A DNA stretch of 64,000 nucleotides, taken from assembly GCA_963667785.2 (NCBI GenBank), contig CAXXMU010000006.1:1-64000 (forward strand). The letters are read 5' to 3'. This DNA is from Alphaproteobacteria bacterium. GTDB lineage: Bacteria; Pseudomonadota; Alphaproteobacteria; UBA828. The notes under the pieces were generated by a model that did no database searches, had not been told where the DNA came from, and saw only the letters and a program-made list of their open reading frames with translations. Positions 41,819 through 53,128 of the stretch are shown in pieces. Position 1 is the first letter of the stretch; each line of letters starts with the position of its first letter. The translations under genes were made by a program, and so were the position numbers.

Positions 41819-44404
41819 CTATCTGGTTCCACCGAAGCCTGCGAGGAGATCGACTGCGGGGGTCCGATCGTTGAGAATTCCCGCCATCTCCTCGTGAGCA
41901 GGACCGAAGAAGGAGCCTGCAAGATGGCCATCCGCGTCAGAGAACGAATTCCCGGTGACCTCAACGTCGTAGGAAAGCGTAGGCGATCGGAAGTCAACCG
42001 CTTCGCCATCGGTATGGACAGTGAGGTTATCAAATTGCGCGGTGCCATCGAGGGTCTCCAAGTCAACACCAAGCTCGGCGTCGCCAAAGACTGGCGGCAA
42101 ATGTGCGCTGCCGAGGTCGACGCCGATGAGCGACCCTGCCCATGTTGCGTTTCCTAAAGACTCAGGCGTGTGCAGCTCGGCGAGGCTAATGCTCGGAGCC
42201 ACACCGAATGCGTCGACACCGACGCGCAGTTGGTCTTGTGCTACGACGTCCAATCCATCGTCTACGTACGTTAGGACACGCTCCGCACCTGCCCCCCAAG
42301 CGCTGTACTGGCCCCAGGCCCCGTAACCGTAAAGTTCCGGCTCCGATGCCGTGTCCGCGCCGAGAATCTCGTAGCCAATGTCATCAAGATACGCAAAGTC
42401 GATCTGGGCAGGTTCGTACACTTCTCTCGGCTCGTTGCAGTACGCCATGAGAGATGAGCAAACACCCAAATGAGCGTAATCCACGGTTGCTCCAGGGGTG
42501 AAAGGGGCCACCACATTCCTGTTTGAATCGAGCCACTGAAACGGAACGGGATTGCCACCGTTGGCCCTTTGAGATTCCGGCCCTTCGAAGGTGGCATCCT
42601 GGCGATTTATATATTGTTCGATGACCGGAACGTTCCATCCGCTTTCATGATTTACCACACCGATTATGTGTCCAATCTCATGTCCTAATACGTGGACAAA
42701 CCACCAATTTCCTATTGATCCTCGTTCATTGATGTTGCTCTGCGACAGGGTCAGCACTCCGTGCCACGGTTGATAATCGTTCGGCGTTATATCAGCGCTA
42801 ATTGGTCCACCCGAAGACAGCGGATCGGTGGTAGCGTGCAGTACGGTAACCAATACCCCATTCGTTTCGAAATCTCTTGCATAGGTCACGGTGATCGGTA
42901 CTGCGCCTGCATGTGCGGGAGCCGCTTGAATTGTTGTCCCTGCCGTCACTGTGTGCGTACCCAAGTCGTCAAGAATTCGATGCGACCAGAATTTACCGGC
43001 CCGTTCCATCTGCGCACGCGTCTTGGAATCGATATTCGGCGCAAACTGCCAGTCGAACCCTATGTTGAGCGTTCCAGCGGGACCGCCCTTCCATTGCCCA
43101 TACGTGATTCCGTCGCGCTCACCGATAATCTCAATTTCATCAGGGTTGACATTGCGGAAGACGGTTCCTGAAGTTGTAGGGTCAGACCCGGCAGCGTCAA
43201 TCAAGTCCCTTATCACCGTTCTTCGACTTTCAATATCTGTTTGGTTTAGCGGACTCAGGGCGAGTACGGTCCTCAACGCCTCCGAATCGTTCCAGTGGTC
43301 TAGAAGGTCTTCGGCCGTGGTGTTGTTGCGCCACTCGGTTGCAAGCGGTCGCTGGTATCCGGGGGCATTCACGGCGGTCACCATGCCGCCGGTCGACGTG
43401 GCGGTGACTGCACCGTTCGCGTCCACCATCACCGTGACCTCGCAATCGCGACCGCCGGCCGCGCAGGAGAACGCGATGCCGCCGTGCTCTTCCGATTGGC
43501 CCGCCTCAATCGTGACGGTGCCCGCATCAGCCATGAAGCCCGCCGTCACACCGGCCAGATCGACGTTCATCGGCGTAACTGCGTTTTGGTAGTCAGCGGA
43601 GTTCATGGCGGTCACCATGCCACCGGTCGACGTGGCGGTGACTGCACCGTTCACGTCCACCATCACCGTGACCTCGCAGTCGCGACCGCCGGCCGCGCAG
43701 GCGAAGCTGATGTCGCCGTGATCCTCCGATTGGCCCGCAGCAACCGTCACCGTGCCGGAACCGGCCATGAAGCCCGCCGTCACACCGGCCAGATCGACGT
43801 TCATCGGCGTAACTGCGTTCTGGTAGTCAGCGGAGTTCATGGCAGTGACGGTGCCGCCGGTCGATGTGGCGGTGATGTCGCCGCTCGCGTCCACCATCAC
43901 CGTGACCTCGCAATCGCGCCCGCCGGCCGCGCAGGCGAAGCTGATGTCGCCGTGATCCTCCGATTGGCCCGCAGCAACCGTCACCGTGCCGGAACCGGCC
44001 ACGAAGCCGGGCGTCACGCTTGACAGACTGACCATCGTCGGTGTGACGGCCGTGTTGTAATCGGCGGAGTTCATGGCGGTGACGGTGCCGCCGGTCGATG
44101 TGGCGGTGATGTCGCCGCTCGCGTCCACCATCACCGTGACCTCGCAATCGCGCCCGCCGGCCGCGCAGGCGAAGCTGATGTCGCCGTGATCCTCCGATTG
44201 GCCCGCAGCAACCGTCACCGTGCCGGAACCGGCCATGAAGCCGGGCGTCACGTTGGAGAGGTCGACAGCCTCGGGCTGGGGCATGGTTGTCCCCCCGCCG
44301 TCGGTCCCGCCGCTGCTGCCACCGCCGCCGCAGCCGTACAGTCCCAGCGCAAGCACCAAGGCTGCCGCGAGGCCCGTCGCGTAGTTCATGGGTGTCGTTT
44401 TCAT
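41819..44404 (-). CDS. Large surface lipoprotein: four 78-aa repeats, a zincin (leishmanolysin-like) metalloprotease domain and a C-terminal TbpB-like beta-barrel
   Basis: GGGAGG RBS; lipobox LYGC then GGGGSSGG; HEIGH with downstream YAHLG and SLMAY; C-terminal GSFFGPAHEEMAG...AGFGGTR. Confidence 0.78.
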   Translation of the reverse strand: MKTTPMNYATGLAAALVLALGLYGCGGGGSSGGTDGGGTTMPQPEAVDLSNVTPGFMAGSGTVTVAAGQSEDHGDISFACAAGGRDCEVTVMVDASGDITATSTGGTVTAMNSADYNTAVTPTMVSLSSVTPGFVAGSGTVTVAAGQSEDHGDISFACAAGGRDCEVTVMVDASGDITATSTGGTVTAMNSADYQNAVTPMNVDLAGVTAGFMAGSGTVTVAAGQSEDHGDISFACAAGGRDCEVTVMVDVNGAVTATSTGGMVTAMNSADYQNAVTPMNVDLAGVTAGFMADAGTVTIEAGQSEEHGGIAFSCAAGGRDCEVTVMVDANGAVTATSTGGMVTAVNAPGYQRPLATEWRNNTTAEDLLDHWNDSEALRTVLALSPLNQTDIESRRTVIRDLIDAAGSDPTTSGTVFRNVNPDEIEIIGERDGITYGQWKGGPAGTLNIGFDWQFAPNIDSKTRAQMERAGKFWSHRILDDLGTHTVTAGTTIQAAPAHAGAVPITVTYARDFETNGVLVTVLHATTDPLSSGGPISADITPNDYQPWHGVLTLSQSNINERGSIGNWWFVHVLGHEIGHIIGVVNHESGWNVPVIEQYINRQDATFEGPESQRANGGNPVPFQWLDSNRNVVAPFTPGATVDYAHLGVCSSLMAYCNEPREVYEPAQIDFAYLDDIGYEILGADTASEPELYGYGAWGQYSAWGAGAERVLTYVDDGLDVVAQDQLRVGVDAFGVAPSISLAELHTPESLGNATWAGSLIGVDLGSAHLPPVFGDAELGVDLETLDGTAQFDNLTVHTDGEAVDFRSPTLSYDVEVTGNSFSDADGHLAGSFFGPAHEEMAGILNDRTPAVDLLAGFGGTR
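43355..44266 (-). repeat. Four tandem 234-bp (78-aa) coding repeats
   Basis: Unit starts at 44266, 44032, 43798 and 43564; long stretches are identical at DNA level; each unit carries CAAGGRDC. Confidence 0.95.
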
Positions 44405-44579
44405 CGAAGCCTCCCTGGCATTGCCGAGGCTCGCTTGCGGGCCGGCACGAAGCCTCTGCATCCCCGCCTTCGCGACCCGTCCTCGCGCTGCTGCCCCCAC
44501 TACTGCGCGGATGGACCGGGGCAGACTCTCGACAGCCGACCAGGAGGGTCCTCGGCAGAGAGTCATTATCCGCCTTAGT

Positions 44580-44607
44580 ATAGATATATCAATATAGTTA
44601 TATCTAT
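44580..44607. promoter_or_regulatory. AT-rich perfect inverted repeat, probable operator
   Basis: ATAGATATA-N10-TATATCTAT in the divergent region upstream of the lipoprotein gene. Confidence 0.55.
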
Positions 44608-44719
44608 GTGGCCACTAGAAACGAGCGCCCTGCTGCTCTCGGAACAGGCTGGCCGCGGCCCTGGCCGCTCCCTAGAATGACGGCTCGGAACGACGGCCGG
44701 GCAACGGTCAGGCTGGCAG

Positions 44720-45811
44720 ATGCCTGCAGAAGCGACCCCAGAAGCAGCGCCGGAAGCGGCCCCAGGAACGGCGACCACGCCCCCGCGCGCGGCGCACCGC
44801 ATCGACCGGGCGGCGCTGGAGCGCTATCTCGGGGAACACGTGCCGGCGGCCGCGCCGATCCGCGCCATCAGCCAGTTCGCGGCCGGGCAGTCCAACCCGA
44901 CCTATCTGATCGAGGGGCCGGAGCGCCGCTTCGTGCTGCGCAAGAAGCCGCCGGGCACGCTGCTGCCCTCGGCCCATCTGGTCGAGCGCGAATACCGCAT
45001 CCTCGCGGCGCTGGCGGAGACCGACGTGCCCGTGCCGCGGGTCCACCACCTCTGCGAGGACCCGGGTATCATCGGCACGGCGTTCTACGTGATGGACCAT
45101 GTGGAAGGCGCGGTCGATCAGGACCCGGCGTGGCCCGCGCTCGCGCCCGAGCGGCGCCGGGCGCTCTACGCCTCGATGGCGGACGTGCTGGCGCGCCTGC
45201 ACCGGGTCGACTGGCGGGCGCTCGGGCTCGCCGACTACGGCCGCGAAGGCAACTACATCGCGCGCCAGATCCGCCGCTGGAGCGGCCAGTACGAGGCCTC
45301 GCAGACCGGTGAGATCGCGGAGATGGACCGCCTGATCGCCTGGCTGCCCGATCACATCCCCGAGAACGACGAGACCACCATCGTCCACGGCGACTACCGG
45401 CCCGGCAACCTGATCGTGCACCCCACGGAGCCCCGCATCGCCGCGGTGCTGGACTGGGAGCTCAGCACCCTCGGCCACCCGCTGAGCGACCTCGCCCACA
45501 ACTGCCTGGCCTTCTCGATCCCGCGCGGCGCCAGCGCCTTGCCGGGGCTGGGCGGGGCCGATTTCGCCGCGCTCGGGCTGCCGGCAGAAGAGGACTATCG
45601 CGACGCCTATTGCGAACGCGCGGGCCGCGGGCCGATCGCCGACTGGCGCTTCTACATGGCCTTCGCCTTCTTCCGCATGGCGGCGATCTGCCAGGGGGTC
45701 TACGCGCGCGGCCTCAAGGGCAATGCGAGCGCGGCCAACGCCCACGAATATGGCGACCGCGCACGGGCGCTCGCCGCGCTCGGCTGGGAGAAGGCCTCGG
45801 GCCCGGCCTGA
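44720..45811 (+). CDS. Phosphotransferase family protein (APH / ACAD10-11 N-terminal-like)
   Basis: GQSNPTY, VLRKKPPG, SAHLVEREYR, HGDYRPGN, LDWELSTLGHP. Confidence 0.92.
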   Translation: MPAEATPEAAPEAAPGTATTPPRAAHRIDRAALERYLGEHVPAAAPIRAISQFAAGQSNPTYLIEGPERRFVLRKKPPGTLLPSAHLVEREYRILAALAETDVPVPRVHHLCEDPGIIGTAFYVMDHVEGAVDQDPAWPALAPERRRALYASMADVLARLHRVDWRALGLADYGREGNYIARQIRRWSGQYEASQTGEIAEMDRLIAWLPDHIPENDETTIVHGDYRPGNLIVHPTEPRIAAVLDWELSTLGHPLSDLAHNCLAFSIPRGASALPGLGGADFAALGLPAEEDYRDAYCERAGRGPIADWRFYMAFAFFRMAAICQGVYARGLKGNASAANAHEYGDRARALAALGWEKASGPA

Positions 45812-45815
45812 GTTC

Positions 45816-45991
45816 GGGAGCGTGTCCGCTTTACACGGATACGCTCCCGCTCTTTATCGCTCACGGCAGCCGGCCTGCGGCCGGCGCCGTCGCGCGTCCA
45901 CGCGCGCGGAGCGCACGATGCGAGGGCGCCGCATAAGCGGCGGGCCGCGGTCGCGGCCTGTCGCGTATCCGTCAAAGACGGAAACGCTCTA
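45816..45991. repeat. Palindromic intergenic repeat (MITE/RIME-like, GAGCGT...ACGCTCTA), copy 1
   Basis: Both terminal hairpins and most of the interior match 49914-50064. Confidence 0.85.
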
Positions 45992-46210
45992 ATTGCCTTC
46001 GGAGGACGCCGCGGCGCCGGCCAGGAAGACGCTCAGGATCGCGGCAGCGGCGATCAGCGCCTCGGTCCGGGCCGACTGGCCGGGAGCGTTCGCATCGCCG
46101 CCGGCGTCGCGGCTGACGCAGCCCGCCACCTGGCTGCCCGCGAGCAGCAGGACCACGGCGAGCGCGGCCACTTTCGTTCTCAGGCCCGCACGTCTCGGAC
46201 GATGTGCCAT
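45989..46210 (-). CDS. Small putative lipoprotein (73 aa)
   Basis: GAAGGG upstream; basic N-terminus, hydrophobic stretch, VAGC lipobox-like motif, second hydrophobic segment. Confidence 0.5.
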   Translation of the reverse strand: MAHRPRRAGLRTKVAALAVVLLLAGSQVAGCVSRDAGGDANAPGQSARTEALIAAAAILSVFLAGAAASSEGN

Positions 46211-46389
46211 CGCCCTTCGTGTTATCGCCTCGCCCGGCAGGCCGCAAGGGCCGCGAGGGACGCGGACGCCGAGCCGGCGGTTGCGCGCACAGGCCCGGAT
46301 CGGCGATAGAGTGATGCGCCTGCAGCCGGCCGGACGCCGGCGGCGCGCAGGCGCGGGCGCGTCCCGCTCATCGTCTCGGGCATCGATCC

Positions 46390-47650
46390 ATGCGCATTGC
46401 GGTCATCGGTCTCGGCTATGTCGGCCTGCCACTGGCAGCCGCGCTCAGCCACCACTTCGAGACGCTGGGCTTCGACATCAGCGAACTCCCGCATCGACGA
46501 GCTGAGGACGGGCCTGGACCGCACCGGCGAGCTCTCGCCCGAGCGACTCGCCGCCGCCCCGCTGGGGCTCACCGCAGAGGCGGACGACATCGCCGGCGCG
46601 GACGTCTTCATCGTGACCGTGCCGACGCCGCTCGACGAGGAGAAGCGCCCCGATCTCGGCGCCGTGCTGGCCGCCTCGCGCACCATCGGCGCGCGCCTCG
46701 GCAGGGGCGCGCTCGTGGTCTACGAGAGCACGGTATGGCCCGGGGTCACCGAGGACATCTGCGTGCCGGAGCTGGAGCGCGCGTCCTCGCTCGCCGCCGG
46801 CACGGACTTCCACGTCGGCTATGCGCCGGAGCGGATGAACCCCGGCGATCCGGCGCACGGGCTGGAGCACATCGCCAGGGTGGTGGCCGGCCAGACGCCG
46901 GAGATCGCCGAGCGGCTGGCCGCGCTCTACGGCACGGTCAACGGCGGCAACGTCTTCATCGCCCGCGACATCCGCACCGCCGAGGCCGCCAAGGTGATCG
47001 AGAACGCCCAGCGCGACGTCAACATCGCCTTCATCAACGAGGTCGCGCAGGTCTTCTGCACGCTGGGGCTCTCGACCCACGACGTTCTCGACGCGGCCCG
47101 CACCAAGTGGAATTTTCTGGACTTCAGGCCGGGGCTCGTCGGCGGGCACTGCGTCGGCGTGGACCCCTACTATCTGGCGCACCGCGCGGAAGAGGTCGGC
47201 AGGGACCCGCTGATCGTCCTCGCCAGCCGGCGCACCAACGAGGCGATGGGGTCCTTCATCGTCGAGCAGATCGAGCGGCGGCTGGAAGGCGCGACGGGGC
47301 CGGTGCTCGTCCTCGGCATCACCTTCAAGGAGAACGTGCCGGACATCCGCAACACCCAGGTGCCGGAGATGGTCGCGGCGCTGGCTGCGCGCGGCATCGA
47401 GACCGCGGTGCACGACCCCTTCGCCGATCCGGACGAGGTGGAGAGACGCTACGGCATCCGCCTCCTGCCGGGGCTCGACGGCGCCGGCGGCTACGCCTGC
47501 GTGCTCGGCGTCGTGGCCCACGCCCCCTACCGGGCGTTCACCAGCGCCACCTTCGCCTCCCTGCTGGCGCCGGGCGGCCTCGTCGCGGACATCAAGAACA
47601 TGTGGCGCGACACGCCGCTGCCGGCGGGCCTCAGACGCTGGACCCTCTGA
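46390..47650 (+). CDS. UDP-N-acetylhexosamine/UDP-glucose 6-dehydrogenase (WbpO/TviB-like); +1 indel at about 46488-46490
   Basis: MRIAVIGLGYVGLPLA in one frame continues in the next as RIDELRTG...YESTVWPG, PERMNPGD, KVIENAQRDVNIA, GGHCVGVDPYYL. Confidence 0.92.
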
Positions 47651-48327
47651 ACAGGCCGGCGCTTGCCGATGGCCGCCGGCAGCTCGGCGAAATCCTCGAT
47701 CACGGCATCGGCGCCGAGCGCGTGCGCGGGCGTCGGGCTGTAGCCGTAGGCCGTCACGATCGCGGGCATCCCGGCGCCCTGCGCCGCATCGACGTCGGCT
47801 GCGCTGTCGCCGACCATGACCGCGCGCGCGGGCGCAGCACCGAGCGCCGCCAGCGCCTCCCGCAGATGGCCGGGATCGGGCTTCATCTTCGCCACCGTGT
47901 CGCCCGCGAGCACCGCGCCTACGTGACGGTCGATCCCGAAATGGGCGAGCAGCCGGCGCGTGGAGCACTCCCCCCTGTTGGTGCAGACGGCGAGCGAGAC
48001 GCCGCCGTCGCGAAGCCGCTCCAGCGTCGCCGCCACCGAGGGAAACAGCCTGATCCTCTCGGTCTCGATCTCGAAGTAGTAGGCGATCAGCGTCTCGATC
48101 AGACGCCGCAGCGTCGCGTCGTCGGGGCGCTCCTGCCCCTGCGCGGCGAGGGCCGCGAGCAGCAGCCGCTTGGCGCCCTCGCCCGCCCGCTGGCGAAAGC
48201 CGGCGAACGCGACCGGCGCGTGGCCCATCTCCTCCAGAAGCCGGTTGAGCGCCGCGATGAGGTCGGGCGCGGAATCCGCGAGCGTCCCGTCGAAATCGAG
48301 CAGCACCGCGTCCACATGCTCTCGCAT
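47527..48327 (-). CDS. gph: Phosphoglycolate phosphatase (HAD family)
   Basis: DFDGTLADSAPDL, VCTN, KPDP, MVGDSAADV; divergent from glmU; the tail overlaps the convergent gene. Confidence 0.85.
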   Translation of the reverse strand: MREHVDAVLLDFDGTLADSAPDLIAALNRLLEEMGHAPVAFAGFRQRAGEGAKRLLLAALAAQGQERPDDATLRRLIETLIAYYFEIETERIRLFPSVAATLERLRDGGVSLAVCTNRGECSTRRLLAHFGIDRHVGAVLAGDTVAKMKPDPGHLREALAALGAAPARAVMVGDSAADVDAAQGAGMPAIVTAYGYSPTPAHALGADAVIEDFAELPAAIGKRRPVQRVQRLRPAGSGVSRHMFLMSATRPPGASREAKVALVNAR

Positions 48328-48357
48328 CCCCGGCGATGGTGGGGGAAGGCGCCCGCA

Positions 48358-48389
48358 TTGACAAGGAGCGCCGGCGGACATGCTATGAT
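48358..48389 (+). promoter_or_regulatory. Sigma70-type promoter for glmU-glmS
   Basis: TTGACA at 48358 followed after 17 nt by TGCTATGAT. Confidence 0.5.
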
Positions 48390-48561
48390 GACAGGACTCG
48401 CATGGCCCCACCGATCCGGCGCCGGACATCCCGAAACAGATGAGACATTGGGCGTGAGCCAGGCGGTCTCCCATCCCTCCCCTGCGGACCGGGCCTCCGA
48501 GCCCGAGAGCGCCAGCGGCGAGCCGCGCCCGCTGATCGCCGCGCTTGCCCCCGCCGTGCCG

Positions 48562-49917
48562 GTGGAAGGGCTCGCCTGCGTCGTGCTCGCGGCCGGCAAG
48601 GGGACGCGCATGCGCTCGGCCCGGCCCAAGGTGCTCCACCCCCTCGCCGGGCGGCCGATGGTGGGCCACGTGCTGGCCAACGTCCGGGCGCTCCGGCCCG
48701 AGCGCGTGGTCCTGGTGATCGGGCCCGAGCTCGAGGCCGAGACCGCCGCTCTGCGGGAAGCCGCAGGCCCATTCGACTGCGTGGTGCAGGCGGAGCCGCT
48801 CGGCACCGCCCACGCGGTGGCGCAGGCCCGCCCGCTGCTGGCGGACTATTGCGGCGACGTGCTGGTCATCTTCGCGGACACGCCGCTCGTGCGGGGCGAG
48901 ACCCTGGCCGGGCTCGTCCGCACCCGGCGCGAGAGCGCGGGCGCGGGCGCCGCGGTGCTGGGCTTCCGCCCGGCGGACCCGGGCGCCTACGGCCGGCTCA
49001 TCCTCGCGCCGGACGGGACGCTGGAACGAATCGTCGAGGCCGCAGGCGCGAGCGAGGCGGAGCGCGCGGTCACGCTCTGCAACGCAGGCCCCATGGCGAT
49101 CGACGGGCGCCGGCTCTTCCCCCTCATCGACGCGATCGGCAACGACAATGCGAAGGGCGAGTACTACGTGACCGACATCCCCGCCATCGTCTCAGGCGAA
49201 GGCGGCACCTGCACCGTCACGGAGGCGCCCGACGACGAGGTCATGGGAATCAACGACCGCATCCAGCTCGCCGCCGCCGAGCGCGTGGTCCAGGACAGGC
49301 TGCGCCGGGCGGCGATGGAGGCGGGCACGACCCTGGTAGAGCCCACGACGGTCTGGCTCAGCGCCGACACGCGGCTCGGCGCCGACGTGAACATCGGCCC
49401 CAACGTGGTGATCGGCCCGGGCGTCACCATCGGCGACGGCGCCGAGATCAGGCCCTTCAGCCATCTGGAAGGGGTGCGGGTGGGACGGCACGCCACGATC
49501 GGCCCGTTCGCCCGGCTCAGGCCCGGCAGCGACATCGGCGAGGGCGCGCGCGTCGGCAACTTCGTCGAGGTGAAGAACAGCACGGTCGCCGAGGGCGCGA
49601 AGATCAACCATCTGAGCTATGTCGGCGATGCGGGCGTCGGCGCGGGCGCGAACATCGGCGCCGGCACCATCACCTGCAACTATGACGGCTACGCCAAGTC
49701 CCGCACCGAGATCGGCGAAGGCGCCTTCATCGGCTCCAACTCGGCGCTGGTGGCGCCGGTCTCCGTCGGCTCCGGTGCGGTGGTGGGCGCCGGCAGCGTG
49801 ATCACCGAGGACGTGGAGGCGGATTCCATCGCAGTCGCGAGGGGTGAGCAGAGCGAGCGCAAGGGCGCCGCCGCGCGCAGGCGCGCCCGCCGCCGGACCA
49901 AGGCGACCGGAGACTAG
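48562..49917 (+). CDS. glmU: Bifunctional UDP-GlcNAc pyrophosphorylase / glucosamine-1-P acetyltransferase (start uncertain; alternative 48454)
   Basis: LAAGKGTRMRS, LGTAHAV, GPFARLRPG, GNFVEVK, HLSYVGDA, GAGTITCNYDG. Confidence 0.96.
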   Translation: MEGLACVVLAAGKGTRMRSARPKVLHPLAGRPMVGHVLANVRALRPERVVLVIGPELEAETAALREAAGPFDCVVQAEPLGTAHAVAQARPLLADYCGDVLVIFADTPLVRGETLAGLVRTRRESAGAGAAVLGFRPADPGAYGRLILAPDGTLERIVEAAGASEAERAVTLCNAGPMAIDGRRLFPLIDAIGNDNAKGEYYVTDIPAIVSGEGGTCTVTEAPDDEVMGINDRIQLAAAERVVQDRLRRAAMEAGTTLVEPTTVWLSADTRLGADVNIGPNVVIGPGVTIGDGAEIRPFSHLEGVRVGRHATIGPFARLRPGSDIGEGARVGNFVEVKNSTVAEGAKINHLSYVGDAGVGAGANIGAGTITCNYDGYAKSRTEIGEGAFIGSNSALVAPVSVGSGAVVGAGSVITEDVEADSIAVARGEQSERKGAAARRRARRRTKATGD

Positions 49918-50064
49918 AGCGTGTTCGCTTTACACGGAAACGCTCTAGCCTCTTTGTCGCTCACGGCAGCCGGCCTGCGGCCGGCGCCTGCGCGGGCGCG
50001 CCGCATAGGCGGCGGGCCGCAGTCGCGGCCTGTCGCGTATCCGTCAAAGACGGATACGCTCTAG
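49914..50064. repeat. Palindromic intergenic repeat (CTAGAGCGT...ACGCTCTAG), copy 2, between glmU and glmS
   Basis: Terminal inverted repeat CTAGAGCGT/ACGCTCTAG; matches 45816-45991. Confidence 0.85.
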
Positions 50065-50093
50065 GAGCGAACGGGAGAGGGAGCGCCGGCAGC

Positions 50094-51913
<1,820 letters not shown>

Positions 51914-51917
<4 letters not shown>

Positions 51918-53095
51918 GCGAGCGGGCGGCCCTGATCGACCTCGACGAGGATCATGCCGAGCTGCGCGAGCCGGTCCGCGCGCTGTGCGCACGCTATCCC
52001 GGCGAGTACTGGCGCGAGAAGGACCGCGAACGCGCCTATCCGGAGGAGTTCGTGCAGGCGCTCACCGAGGCGGGCTTCCTGGCGGCGCTGATCCCGGAGC
52101 GCTACGGCGGCAGCGGCCTCGGCATCGGCGCGGCGGCGGCGATCCTCGAGGAGATCCACGCATCCGGCTGCAACGGCGGCGCCTGCCACGCCCAGATGTA
52201 CACCATGGGCACGGTGCTCAGGCACGGCTCCGAGGCGCAGAAGGGGACTTACCTGCCGGAGATCGCGAGCGGCGCGCGCCGGCTCCAGGCCTTCGGCGTC
52301 ACCGAGCCCACCACCGGCTCCGACACCACCCAGCTTCGCACCACCGCCGAGCGCCGCGCCGACGGCGACTACACCGTGAACGGGCAGAAGGTGTGGATCT
52401 CGCGGGCCGAGCACTCGGACCTGCTGCTGCTGCTGGCCCGCACCACGCCGGCGGCGGAGACGACGAAGCGCACGGACGGGCTCTCGGTCTTCCTGATCGA
52501 GCTGGAGAACGCGGTCGGCAAGGGGCTGGAGATCAGGCCGATCCGCACCATGATCAACCACGCCACCACCGAGCTCTTCTTCGACGATCTGGTGATCCCG
52601 GCGGCGAGCCTCGTCGGCGAGGAGGGCAAGGGCTTCCGCTACATCCTCGACGGCATGAACGCCGAGCGCATCCTGATCGCGGCCGAGTGCATCGGCGACA
52701 GCCGCTGGTTCATCGAGAAGGCGAGCGCCTACGCCGCCGAGCGCCGCGTCTTCGGCCGCCCCATCGGCGCCAACCAGGGGGTGCAGTTCCCCATCGCCGA
52801 GGCCTACGCGCGGATGGAGGCCGCGCGCCTCATGGTGAGCAAGGCCGCAGCCCTCTTCGATGCCGGCCGCGCCTGCGGGCCCGAGGCCAACATGGCGAAG
52901 CTGCTCGCGTCGGAAGCCTCGTGGAAGGCCGGCGACACCTGCCTCCAGACCCACGGCGGCTTCGGCTTCGCCGAGGAGTACGACGTCGAGCGCAAGTTCC
53001 GCGAGACCCGGCTCTACCGCATAGCGCCCATCTCGACCAACCTCATCCTCGCCTATCTCGGCCAGCATGTGCTCGGCATGCCGCGCTCCTACTGA
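51914..53095 (+). CDS. Acyl-CoA dehydrogenase family protein
   Basis: VTEPTTGSD, NGQKVWIS, RRVFGRPIGANQGVQF, QTHGGFGF; ATGA overlap with glmS. Confidence 0.94.
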
Positions 53096-53128
53096 GAGAG
53101 GCCGGGCGGGCGCACCGGGGAGCGGCTA

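Noticed and set aside
43355-44266. CRISPR array
   Set aside because: These are 234-bp in-frame coding repeats without unique spacers, and there are no cas genes.
46390-49917. 1175-aa dehydrogenase-GlmU fusion
   Set aside because: Artefact: 33 real codons, then off-frame and gph-antisense sequence, then GlmU.
49914-50064. glmS ribozyme
   Set aside because: No recognisable ribozyme core, and the same sequence occurs at 45816 away from glmS.
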